This document shows, piece after piece, positions 12,716 through 24,041 of a DNA stretch of 53,027 nucleotides (positions are counted from its first letter, which is position 1; each line of letters starts with the position of its first letter). The translations under genes were made by a program, and so were the position numbers. The notes beneath the pieces were generated by a model that ran no database searches, had not been told where the DNA came from, and saw only the letters and a program-made list of their open reading frames with translations. The DNA comes from Octopus bimaculoides. Its lineage: Eukaryota. The stretch covers positions 128,079,340 through 128,132,366 of the forward strand of contig NC_068982.1 in assembly GCF_001194135.2 (NCBI RefSeq), in the 5' to 3' direction.

Positions 12716-13245
12716 GTGGGGCACACACACACACATATGCCCCATCCAACCCATGCCACCATGGAACATTGATGATGATATGTGTGCGTATGTGTACCAA
12801 GCTTAAAGAAGAAAATAAGTGCTGGGGTTGATTCATTTGACTAAAAATTCTTCAAGGTGATGCCCCAGCATGGCCACCATCTAAGGACTGAAACAAGTAA
12901 AAAATAAAAGATATTACTTTGATATCAGAACATATTGATTCATCATATGATGATGACGATATTCCTTTGTCTATACAGGCTCACCATTCATATGGCATAT
13001 CTTGAATTTGTGTTAGCTCACCTGTGAGGCCCATCACTAACCCTTACCTGTTTTTTTTTTTTTTTCAGGTAGGGGAATTTTTTTTTTTTTAATCTACCTA
13101 TCTTTGAAAGTGCAGAACTAGAGGGCAATTTTGTTGACAGAAAATGTCAACATACAACATAATTTTAACTCAGCTCTTTTGTGCAGAATGTAAACATTCA
13201 CCTAGACACACATACCCAGTCTTTGTGGTGTGGTGGCCTAATTCA

Positions 13246-14658
13246 TCATCATCATCATCATCGTTTAACGTCCGCTTTCCATGCTAGCATGGGTTGGACG
13301 ATTTGACTGAGGACTGGTGAAACCGGATGGCAACACCAGGCTCCAGTCTGACTTGGCAGAGTTTCTACAGCTGGATGCCCTTCCTAACGCCAACCACTCA
13401 GAGAGTGTAGTGGGTGCTTTTACGTGTCACCCGCACGAAAACGGCCACGCTCGAAATGGTGTCTTTTATGTGCCACCCGCACAAGCCAGTCCAGGGGCAC
13501 TGGCAACGATCTCGCTCGAAAATCCTACAGGAGCCNNNNNNNNNNNNNNNNNNNNNNNNNNNNNNNNNNNNNNNNNNNNNNNNNNNNNNNNNNNNNNNNN
13601 NNNNNNNNNNNNNNNNNNNNNNNNNNNNNNNNNNNNNNNNNNNNNNNNNNNNNNNNNNNNNNNNNNNNNNNNNNNNNNNNNNNNNNNNNNNNNNNNNNNN
13701 NNNNNNNNNNNNNNNNNNNNNNNNNNNNNNNNNNNNNNNNNNNNNNNNNNNNNNNNNNNNNNNNNNNNNNNNNNNNNNNNNNNNNNNNNNNNNNNNNNNN
13801 NNNNNNNNNNNNNNNNNNNNNNNNNNNNNNNNNNNNNNNNNNNNNNNNNNNNNNNNNNNNNNNNNNNNNNNNNNNNNNNNNNNNNNNNNNNNNNNNNNNN
13901 NNNNNNNNNNNNNNNNNNNNNNNNNNNNNNNNNNNNNNNNNNNNNNNNNNNNNNNNNNNNNNNNNNNNNNNNNNNNNNNNNNNNNNNNNNNNNNNNNNNN
14001 NNNNNNNNNNNNNNNNNNNNNNNNNNNNNNNNNNNNNNNNNNNNNNNNNNNNNNNNNNNNNNNNNNNNNNNNNNNNNNNNNNNNNNNNNNNNNNNNNNNN
14101 NNNNNNNNNNNNNNNNNNNNNNNNNNNNNNNNNNNNNNNNNNNNNNNNNNNNNNNNNNNNNNNNNNNNNNNNNNNNNNNNNNNNNNNNNNNNNNNNNNNN
14201 NNNNNNNNNNNNNNNNNNNNNNNNNNNNNNNNNNNNNNNNNNNNNNNNNNNNNNNNNNNNNNNNNNNNNNNNNNNNNNNNNNNNNNNNNNNNNNNNNNNN
14301 NNNNNNNNNNNNNNNNCAGATAGCGGAAGCTATCGACTACCTCTAGTTTTTCACCCTGGAATGAGATAGAAGTTGTTTCCTGTTTGTTTGCAGTCTTTAT
14401 TGCACCTGAACATCTGCCACAAACAAAAACTAACTTGCTAGTTAACCTGCCTTTGATGTTGCTGCACCTCTTATGTGTCCATAGCTTGCACCGGGTACAT
14501 CTTATAGAGTTACTACCTACTCCTTTTCTACATACTGAGCAGGGCCATCTACCTGAAGGGGTTTGTGTTTTATCTACCTTCCTACTTATTAGGATTTTGG
14601 TTTTAGCTAGGTTGACTCTAAGGCCCTTCAATTCTAGACCTTGCTTCCACACCTGAAT
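13246..14658 (-). mobile_element. 5'-truncated RTE LINE spanning an assembly gap (13536-14316)
   Basis: 14317-14658 reverse strand: VWKQGLELKGLRVNLAKTK (RT domain 6 region), Cys-rich insert, LEVVDSFRYL; 13246-13535 is the matching 3' UTR and GAT tail in the same orientation. Continuity across the gap is inferred. Confidence 0.85.
13536..14316. other. Assembly gap (others: 11518-11654, 35389-35615, 38625-38695, 40106-40386, 41296-41305, 51288-51861)
   Basis: Runs of N. Confidence 1.
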
Positions 14659-15578
14659 TGACTGTTAGAATTATGCCATCAGAGAACAAAATACTTGTAG
14701 AGCCTCTTATGCCAGACATGTCAAGGGATAGAGGCCAGACTAATATACACTGCCTCTTCCCAGTAGTAAACAGGAGTTTGAATAGGGCCAACACTCCATA
14801 CCTAGAAAAAGAAAACGATGCTGTAGAAGCATCAATGACAATTTAAAATGAGACTTGGGAGAAATAGTCCTTCCCACCAGAAGACATTAAAATGATGTAT
14901 GAAATGAGAAGGTCAGTATAACCTAGAGTCGAGAACATTAAAAGAAAATCATTGATGGGCTGTTCTCTGTAGGGAGTGATGGGCTTAAGTAAGACACACA
15001 TGCATTCATGTGCCCCCTCTATGTTTAGTCCCCACATGGGGACTAAACATAGAGGGGACAATCAAGGACAGACAAAGGGATTAAGTCGATTACATCGACC
15101 CCATTGCGTAACTGATACTTATTTAATCGACCCTGAAAGGATGAACGGCAAAGTTGATCTTGGCAGAATTTTAACTCAGAACGTAACGGCAGACAAAATA
15201 CCGCTAACAATTCTGCCAGTTTGCCGCCCTATGCATTCATGTGTAGACACACACACACACGTGTATAGACAAATGGATACACACACATGCATGCAACAGA
15301 TTTTTATATAGTTTCATTCTACCAAATTCACTTATCAGGTATTGGTCTGCCCTGGGCTACCTTAGTAAACAAACACTTAACCAATGTGCCATGCAATATG
15401 ATAGAACTCATGACAGTATAGTAACAAAACAAACTTTGTATCCACACAGCCATGCTTGCATCTGACCTCTGTAACAGAATATTTGACAGCCCCGTGCTGT
15501 CAAAAATGATGACTAATTGTAGTAAGTTATATATAAATAAGGTACAAAATATTATTTATCTATTTATTTTCTCTGTAG

Positions 15579-15742
15579 AATGGTCCCGAGAAACTTTATT
15601 AGAAGCTTGGATGACTGATCCTTTTGCATGCTGTGAAAAATGTGGAGTAACCCCTCCACCAAGTCTGTACAGTGATCAGCCAATACTTCCAGAAACTCTC
15701 AACAGTCCAACCACTTCCGAACCACCAGAGCAAGACGCTATT
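15579..15742 (+). CDS. ANKIB1: ANKIB1-like exon C ((E)WSRETLLEAWMTDPFACCEKCGVTPPP...EQDAI), phase 1-0
   Basis: ctctgtag acceptor, GTAAGT donor at 15743; G+AA junction codon keeps frame; W-x-RExLLEAWM motif of Ariadne/ANKIB1 pre-RING region. Confidence 0.93.
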
Positions 15743-16107
15743 GTAAGTTATTTTTTATATCTTAAAACATTTGATTTGTTATTAACATGTGTATTTTCAA
15801 TGTGTGTGTGTGTGTGTGTGTGTTTAGGTTTGTTTGTAGATTCTCATTTATATTAAGATGGTAGTAAAGGCATAATGTTTACTGAGAAAATCTGTAATTT
15901 TTACATCTTTCTTCAACCCCACTCCCTGCACACATGCACACACACCCACACACAATTATTTTTCTTTGAGTAGCTATATAAAAATTATTTAGAGAATTGG
16001 TTTGTTTGCTATCTGTCAAGATTTTTCTGAGTTTTACGTCTAATAAAGTTTACATTCCTAATATTGTCAATAAGAAAGTAAACCAAGATTGAAAATAAGC
16101 CACCTCC

Positions 16108-16139
<32 letters not shown>

Positions 16140-16570
16140 TTACCATCCTCTCTCTCTTTACCATCCTCTCTCTCTTCTCTTTCCCCTCATATATGCATGA
16201 CTCTGTGTGTGTGCATGTGTACATATATCTACATACATACACACACATACACAGTGGACTCTTTATATATGAACATAATCTGTTACAGAGCCCTCTTCAT
16301 TAACCAAATTATTCATTACGTGAGTTATTGAAATACATATAAATAAGGGTAGTTTGTTCCAAGCCACACCCAAACACCACATAAAGACCTGAAATGATGT
16401 TTTATTTGTCCATCCATCAATACAAAATTCATAAATGTATATTTGTGTGTGTGTGCTTGCATATGTCTTGCTTTTGTTGATCCATGGTTATGTTTTAAGC
16501 AAAAAATTAGAGAAATATTCAATAATAAATCTCTGAATGAGGTATAAACAGTAGCTGCACGACAACGTGC

Positions 16571-16817
16571 AGTATATTTGTCACTTAAATGTGGCTAACC
16601 GCTAAGGGTGGAGGCTACTGTAGCATGTAACCCCAGGATACCAGGACACCTCCTCCAGCTGGCTATTGACACACTTTCTGTGCCCTATCAGTATTTGCAA
16701 ATACTGATAGGACACAGAAAGTGTAAATAGCCAGCTGAAGGAGGTGTCCTCCTGGGACTACAAGCTACAGTAGCATCCACCCTTAGTGGTTAGCCACATT
16801 TAAGTGGCAAATATACT
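16571..16817. repeat. Loopless long palindrome / foldback element
   Basis: Arms of about 120 bp meet at ...ctatcagtatttg|caaatactgatag...; arms differ by roughly ten substitutions and two small indels. Confidence 0.92.
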
Positions 16818-17157
16818 TCACAAGAGAAATATTATTTTCCATGAAAATTTTTGAGTTAGATGGCATGCATACATGGATGTTACTGAACTGTTTGTACATG
16901 CTCTTCCAGCCACTTATATGTGTGTCAACTACTCTTGGTTTTTTGTTCAAATTGTAGCTCATTGAACATAATTTTCTTCAGAAAAGTTGTTTCCATTACA
17001 ATTTGTTTATACACGTGCATAACCTACTCACAGTTTCTTATTCAAATCCAGCTCAATATGCGAGTTTAATTTTCTTCAGAAAATCCATTCATTATCCAAT
17101 TTGTTCATTTAGGGCAGTGGTTCTCAACCATTTTTAATCTATAGACCCCTTTTGATT

Positions 17158-17500
17158 TAGTGATAGTATGTTGTCAACTTAATGTGGCAGTCTCATGAAA
17201 GGGAAGGATGCTTGTGTTATTTAGCCCTAGGAAACACCGTTTCCTGTTGGACTTGACACATTTCCTGTGTCCTTATGTTTTCAAAGTGGAGACAAGCACC
17301 TCCACCCAGCAAAGCCAGCATCCAGAGACTAGTTTCAGAGTCATTGCTCATCATTAGTCTGCAGTAGCATGGCTTGCTAGCTGTCGATGCCTATCTGCCT
17401 TTGAAAACATATATATTTCAAGTGAAATATATTCACTGATTTTTTAAAATAGAAATAATACTGCATAAATCTCTCTGAGAGATTTAGAAATGTATTATTT
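17158..17500 (-). mobile_element. Penelope-like terminal-repeat insert carrying a hammerhead remnant
   Basis: Flanked by an 11-bp direct repeat CCCTTTTGATT (17147-17157 and 17501-17511); contains a minimal hammerhead-like motif on the minus strand. Penelope assignment is inferred from that motif only. Confidence 0.55.
17323..17361 (-). ncRNA. Degenerate minimal type-I hammerhead ribozyme
   Basis: Minus strand: CAGA-CUAAUGA-u-GAG-caauga-CUC-u-GAAAC-ua-GUC-UCUG; stems I, II and III present; core CUGAUGA carries a G5A change. Confidence 0.65.
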
Positions 17501-20500
17501 CCCTTTTGATTACTATTTTATTCTGGTGGACCTCCATAGCCGTTCAATGTGTTTAAATGAGTTTTATAGATTCTTCTTTGGAAATTTCTGTTTTGTTTTT
17601 CACATATTAACTTGTGCAGTTTGAACTGTGTAAAACATTAGAGAAAGAAACCTAGATGTTTCTTGCTGTAAATACTTCTAAAGCAGAATTTTTTCAAGAA
17701 CTCTTAAAATGCTACTGTGGATCTTCAATTTGTTGTTTTGCTTATATGGACCACAGTTGACAACCACTGATTTAGAGGACTGTTTGCATCTGGGAACCCT
17801 GCTATATGTGTATGTGTATTTGAAATGTAATTTTCGGGTAACTGGAATAATTCTGTATTAGATTATCACTATCCTCTAATATACTCTTAATAAATAAAAG
17901 CTGTAAATCAGTTAAAAATCATTAAAAACCAATTCCCGTAGCTTGCTTTGTTTTTATAGTAAATCACTGCCAACCAGTGGTTTGTAAGTAACTCATTGAT
18001 CCACTTAAATAATAGTTTATTTGTTATGTTTTGATTTATTCAAGTGAATTACAGTGCAAAGCAGTTACCCATAACAGAGTTCTACTTTTGTAAATTAGAT
18101 AGGATCTAATGACTTATTGATCTTGAAGATAACATTCAAAGATTAACAGTCGCCTGTTTCTAAGCAAAACGATTCAATAACCATATAAATGAAGCATTGG
18201 AAAAGAAAATATAATTGAGGAGAGAGTGATATGGAAGTCAATTACTGGACTATTAGAGATCACGAGGGTTAATATCCTATCAATAACAGAGATGAAAGTG
18301 TTTGCTAAAAAGAACAACGAGCTTTATGGTGTGTTGAAAGTTTGATTCCATTCTTGTACAGGGGTGTTAAATTACAATTCATTATTGAAAATACTATAGA
18401 AATCTATGACCATTTTAAATAATGTATTTTGTATTAAGTTTAGTTAATGATATTCTTAACAGTGACTGACTTCTGTAAGGGTTACAGTTATTTATTAAGG
18501 AATATAGTTTCATTCCTGTGGTTTGCTATTTTCTTTTCCTTAACAAATTTCTCTCCTGTCTCTTTTCAATATCTATTTTTTTAAATATCATCCTTTTTTT
18601 GGTTTCTGCTCTGGTTATATCAACATTGCTCATTCAACAATTAACAATTACTAAACTATTTATCATAGCATTTATTTCATGTGTTCTGTTATTAATACTT
18701 TTTAAAGCTTCAAAGCATGGAAAAGAATATTTTCATATGATAGATTATGAATATTAGTAGGTACTAGGGCTTTAGTACTAGAACTTAGAGTCTAAACTAT
18801 GTATTTTTTCATAGAATATTATCTTTCTTTTATTTTTCTGATCTCACCTTTTACATTTCTCCGTATCATATATTTGCAGATGAAACTTCTTTTTAGCTTT
18901 TTGTGTTGTGTTTTACACAATGATATATATATATATATATATTGATGTTTTCAGGTAGAAATTTTAAATAAATTACAAATGCTATCATGAACAATTGATA
19001 GTTTTGATTAGATAGATTTGGGTATGTTGTCATCAACCTGTTCTGCTACATAATTGCTTAAAGAATCTGATATTGCAGTTTATAGTCTTTGAACCTTCAC
19101 TAGCTGCAGTGTTCTACATTAAAATGTTGCTAGGCTATTTGTTCAAAGGCCACTGTATTTCTTTGCATCTACAGTGTAGTATTGATATTTAATATTCTAG
19201 GGTTGTATCAATAATACTATACTATGCATAATATTGATTTAGCTCATTACTTTCCTTAAAATTTGGTGAAATAAAATTCAGTATGTTTGTCATATAGAGA
19301 GATTTAAACACTTTTTCCTAATGTCTTCAGATTTTAAAATCTGTTGGTCTGCAACTTATTATTCAGAAGTAAAATACACAAAATATTTTTAGATTGTAAT
19401 TCTTCATTTTAATGTTGTTGCTTCAAGAAGTAGGAGAAAACAAGAGAACAGAAAGTAAACTTGTTGAGTACCTTGTAGTTGCAATTTTTTACTTTCTTAT
19501 TCATTTGACTGTCACTGGTTTTAAATACTTCATGTATAAAAGTGATTGGTTCAGAGAATAATTAACTCTATTCATACTCCACTTATGAACAGTGTTTGCT
19601 TTTGTATATATGATTCTGGTAGTGTTCCCAGTTTTCATCTTGTGAAGAAAATGTTATGATAATTGGTTAGCATTCAATAACAAAAACTGTAAAACTACTA
19701 AATTACATCGTGAAAGGAAATGAAAAAATCCAGCTTTAATGAAATATAAAATAAGTAGTTTAACTATCATTTTAAGAACTTTTATTCAGTACTTGTATAT
19801 AAAGTAAGGTAACTGAAAAGAAGACATGGATTTTGAAAATGTTGGCAAACCTAAGCAGCAAAAATATAATTTATTTGTAAATTAATCAAAATGGGAAATA
19901 GTGTTATGAATTTAAGAAAAAAATGGAATATGTACAATGGTGATGTGTTTTATCATTCAACTTCAGATATTAATTGAATATGAACTGATAGTTTTGAAAA
20001 ATGTTTATGAAACTATTGAAATCTAATAGATATGTACCAAACATGAATGTGTACTTTTATAGTAAAAAGAAGAAAAAGCTAAAGAAAATTATGATCTTTT
20101 AGCATCTATTGATATTCTGTGACCTACAAGAAACATTTAGTTAACTCTTTCATGTTGAATTCTATTATATTTCATACCTGCTCACATTATATAATTTGAC
20201 ATGGTAATTATGTCATTTGGCAGCAAATTTTTAGTCAGATCTTTAGATTTATGATTCAGAATTTGAAGTCTATTTTCACACACATTCGATACTTGAATGA
20301 AAATAGATAAGATTTAAATATAACTCAGAAATGTATGAGTATTTCTATAAGGAATTTAGAATGAAATGATAAAGCCCTTATCAAATTATGCAAAATGAAG
20401 CTGTATCAACACTGTGGTAGGTGCTGACATACCAAATGATCCAAAATATTCTCAATGAATTGAAATTTGCCTCTTAGTTGAAGAAGGGAAACAAACCTAT

Positions 20501-21184
20501 CAATAATTATTAACCCTTTAGCATTCTGATTACTCTGTCAAATGTAGTGCTTGTTTATTCACATTGTTTTGAATTAATCATACATTATCACACATGTCAC
20601 ACATTCAAGAGGTCAGTGGTGCAGTTGTTTAGTTTTAAAATGGCCTTAGTGTAGGTGTGATAGGCCAGATCAGGTCAGCTTGTACACAAAATAGGTAGAG
20701 TATTCATGCCACAAAAGAAAAGAGATATTTTCAAAAAATGAAGAATTAATTTTATTGGAAATTAAATTTTTATGTTTAAACAGGTGGATAAGGCTGAACC
20801 TTATTAGTAGACAAGGTGACAACTACAAATATGTCTCAGTTTATGTAAAAACCTCATCTGCAGAACATAGCCTTTTCAATTATTACAGTTAGAAAACAAA
20901 AAAAATTCTGGCCAGTATAGTTAGTTCTCTTAGCTCACTTTTTATATCAACATCAACTCATATTAAACAACATTCAATTTGGAAAGTGTGTGTAGGTATC
21001 AAGCCAAGAATAAATAAGAGCCACCAAATTCTAAAATAAGATTAAGAATAAATAAGATGCAACAAATTGTAAAAATCTTCGAAAGATCTCACCATTTATA
21101 TATATATGTGCACACATGTATAAATGAATAAAATTGTGTAGTTTATGGCAGTTTTTATAAATGATACAATCTCTTGCTTTCCAG

Positions 21185-21273
21185 TGTGATATATGTACCT
21201 GTACATTTATGATGTCAGAAGAACCAGTTCATATGCCTTGTGAGCACCGATTTTGTCGTTCTTGTTGGGAACA
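21185..21273 (+). CDS. ANKIB1: ANKIB1-like exon D, RING1 N-half (CDICTCTFMMSEEPVHMPCEHRFCRSCWE(Q)), phase 0-2
   Basis: cttgctttccag acceptor, GTAAGT donor at 21274; C-x2-C ... C-x-H-x2-C-x2-C RING ligands. Confidence 0.95.
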
Positions 21274-21311
21274 GTAAGTAAAGTTACTTTCAGGCTTTTT
21301 ATTTATTTATA

Positions 21312-21546
21312 CAGGGTGGCCCAAAAGTAGGTTTACAGTTATTATGTAGGCACTTTAAATTTCTTTTAAAACATTTTATTACATTTAAATTTCTATCTTT
21401 CAAACTGAAAAGGGAAATTGACAAAATTAACTAAATTAGCATAGAATAATGGTTTCACATTTTTTTATAATTAAGATCTAAACTGTTAATATATGAATGC
21501 AAAAGGGGTAGTTGAATAACTGTGAACCTACTTTTGGGCCACCCTG
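21312..21546. mobile_element. Tc1/mariner-type MITE
   Basis: 29-bp TIRs CAGGGTGGCCCAAAAGTAGGTTTACAGTT / AACTGTGAACCTACTTTTGGGCCACCCTG (1 mismatch); TA on the left, TG on the right. Confidence 0.88.
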
Positions 21547-22689
21547 TGTTTGAAATTCTCTCTATAAATTTTTGCTAATATAGTGTGGTGGTGGTGGTGG
21601 TGGGAAGGGTCTGTGTGTGTGTACTTATATTGTTTGTGTACATGTATGCATGTGTACATACATTGTGTATATGTGTGTGTGAAGACCTTGAAATTCCTTC
21701 TTAGAGATTAATGTAACTAACATGCCCAACTATGGAGAAATATTACCTTTGTTTGGAAACAAGTAAAGGTTGACAACAGGAAATGCTTCTGGCCAAAGAA
21801 AAATCTGCCTCAGCAAATTCTGTCTGACTCATGCAAATATGGAAAAGTGGATGTTAAAACAACAATGATGATAATGTAGCACTAAAAGAGATATTGTCAC
21901 TGTAAAAGCTTAAAACTATTGAAAATTACTATTTGAAGTGGGATGGAATTTTTATGGATTTAATATTGGGCAAAAGAAATAATTTTTCACATATCCCTTC
22001 TAAGGTTGTAGGTGCATATTTTATGTACTATTCATGCAGTTTTGGTTACTTTTTTTTCTGATGAACTGTAGTGCACCTGAGCACAGGATACAATAAATTC
22101 ATTATTATTAAATTCTCCTAAGGCAGAGAGCTGGCACAGTCGTTAGCACACTGGACGAAATGCTTAGTGGTATTTCGCCTGTCACTACGTTCTGAGTTCA
22201 AATTCCACTGAAATCAACTTTGCTTTTCGTCCTTTCAGGGTCGATGAATAGTACCAGTGAAACACTGGGGTTGATGTAATTGACTAGGCTCTCTCCCACA
22301 AAATTTCAGGCCTTGTGCCTATAGAAGAAAAGATTATTAGATTCCCTTTTTCATGACACATGATAAGTAGAGTTGGTAGGAATTGTAGTGTTTTGAATTG
22401 CTAGTTTTGAGACTTTCAAAGTATCAAATATGAAAAGGAAATTAATCTCATCAAACAAACATAGAAATATATTTACCTTTTAACGTTTCACTCCTTAGAT
22501 TGTTGGGGCACCACTTTGATCAGTTTAGTCAAGCAAATTGACATCAATACTTTTTTTTTTTTTAGATCTGTTACTTATTCTATCAGTCTCTTTTGCTGAA
22601 TTGCTGTGCTACTGAGGCGTAAACAAATTGACACCAGTTGTCAAGCAATAGGAGCCATACTCACACATACTCATACAAACACACATATA

Positions 22690-22918
22690 GGCGAGCTGGC
22701 AGAAACGTTAGCATGCCGGGCGAAATGCTTAGCGGTATTTCGTCTGCCATTACGTTCTGAGTTCAAATTCTGCCGAGGTCAGCTTTGCCTTACATCCTTT
22801 CAGGGTCGATAAATTAAGTACCAGTTACTCACTGGGGTCGATGTAATCGACTTAATCCCTCTGTCTGTCCTTGTTTGTCCCCTCTATGTTTAGCCCCTTG
22901 TGGGCAATAAAGAAATAA
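22690..22918 (+). mobile_element. Near-intact SINE family B nested inside a minus-strand family A SINE
   Basis: GGCGAGCTGGCAGAA A-box-like start, GTTCAAATTC B-box (22761-22770), conserved core, A-rich tail; family A halves lie on both sides (22540-22680 and 22930-23105). Confidence 0.85.
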
Positions 22919-23213
22919 CAAACACACATATATGATGTGATGGGCTTCCACACTTATCCCATCTACCAAATTTAGACTCAGGGTATTGGTTAGTTTGGGG
23001 TTATGGCAGAAGACACTTATCCAAGGTGCCATGCAGTGAGACTGAACCAAAAACCATGTAGTTTCAAGGTGAGCTTCTTAACCACCCAGCCATGCCTGCA
23101 CCTGTTTGAAATGTCACTACTTATGAAAAATTTTTTAATTATTTCCTAAAACTAAAAAAACATTTTGTTTTGTTTTAGCATTGAATAAGATGTTTCTGTG
23201 TTTATTATTTTAG

Positions 23214-23358
23214 ATATCTCAATTTAAAAATTCAAGAAGGTGATGCTCATCATATTACATGCCCTGGTTATGACTGCAGTCGACTTGTACCTGTTGATGT
23301 GATAGAAAATGTTGTGTCAAGACCCATGGCCAGACGCTATTTACAATTTGATATAAAA
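23214..23358 (+). CDS. ANKIB1: ANKIB1-like exon E, RING1 C-half ([21 protein letters not shown]...RYLQFDIK), phase 2-0
   Basis: ttattattttag acceptor, GTAAGT donor at 23359; [10 protein letters not shown]-x3-C and RYLQFDIK motifs of ANKIB1. Confidence 0.95.
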
Positions 23359-23819
23359 GTAAGTTTTTCTCATCACAACCTTACTAAGAAATATCATTTA
23401 GTTTTTTTTTTTTTTTTTATAATTATGATTTTATGTACATAATTTTTTTGCTCGTAAAACAGTTCGATTTACAACTGGAACTAATGTAGTTCTTTTTTTT
23501 TCTATTATGTTCCATTTTCATCTTGAATATTTTGTGTTGTAATTATTGTAAATTTTGAACTAATGACTAATTTAATTACAGGCTAAATTAATGATAGAGG
23601 GGAAAATGTAATTCAAATAGTAACACGCAAAGAAAGTACTAAATTTTGTGGCTTGAAACTAGTTTAAGCATAAACTCTCCATTAATAATCTTATCAAATT
23701 ATATTATTGCATGTTTGAATATAGAAAAGAATTAGTGAATAGTAACTGACTGACTATTCATTGCACAATTGCAAAATATAGTCAAGTGTTTAATATCTCA
23801 CAGTAAAATGATGTTCTAA

Positions 23820-24041
23820 CTCTTTTGATACCAACCTGCCAATGATCACTCTTGGTTCTATGATACAAGCTTCCTTTTTAAATGTGATCTAAATTAAAAC
23901 TGTTCATCAAAATTTTATGTCAATTTATGTTCTATATATTCTAAACACCAGCTTAATGACAGAGATTTTACTAAATTCTTCATTCTTTCAAAATGAATTG
24001 AAAGAAATGCAGTATATTTCTATTGTATGGTTACAAAAGGG
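23820..24041. mobile_element. piggyBac-type MITE (degenerate)
   Basis: Left ctaa-ctcttttgatacc, right ggttacaaaaggg-TTAA; resembles TTAA/CCC-ended TIRs with a mutated left end. Confidence 0.55.

Larger units (their letters stand above)
17115..17769. mobile_element. Non-autonomous hAT-type element interrupted by an insertion
   Basis: TIRs CAGTGGTTCTCAAC / GTTGACAACCACTG (13 of 14); 8-bp TSD ATTTAGGG / ATTTAGAG (7 of 8). Confidence 0.85.

Noticed and set aside
13317-14369. Long ORFs of 299-375 aa; likewise those at 11377, 35316, 39836 and 51186
   Set aside because: Length comes from N runs translated as X.
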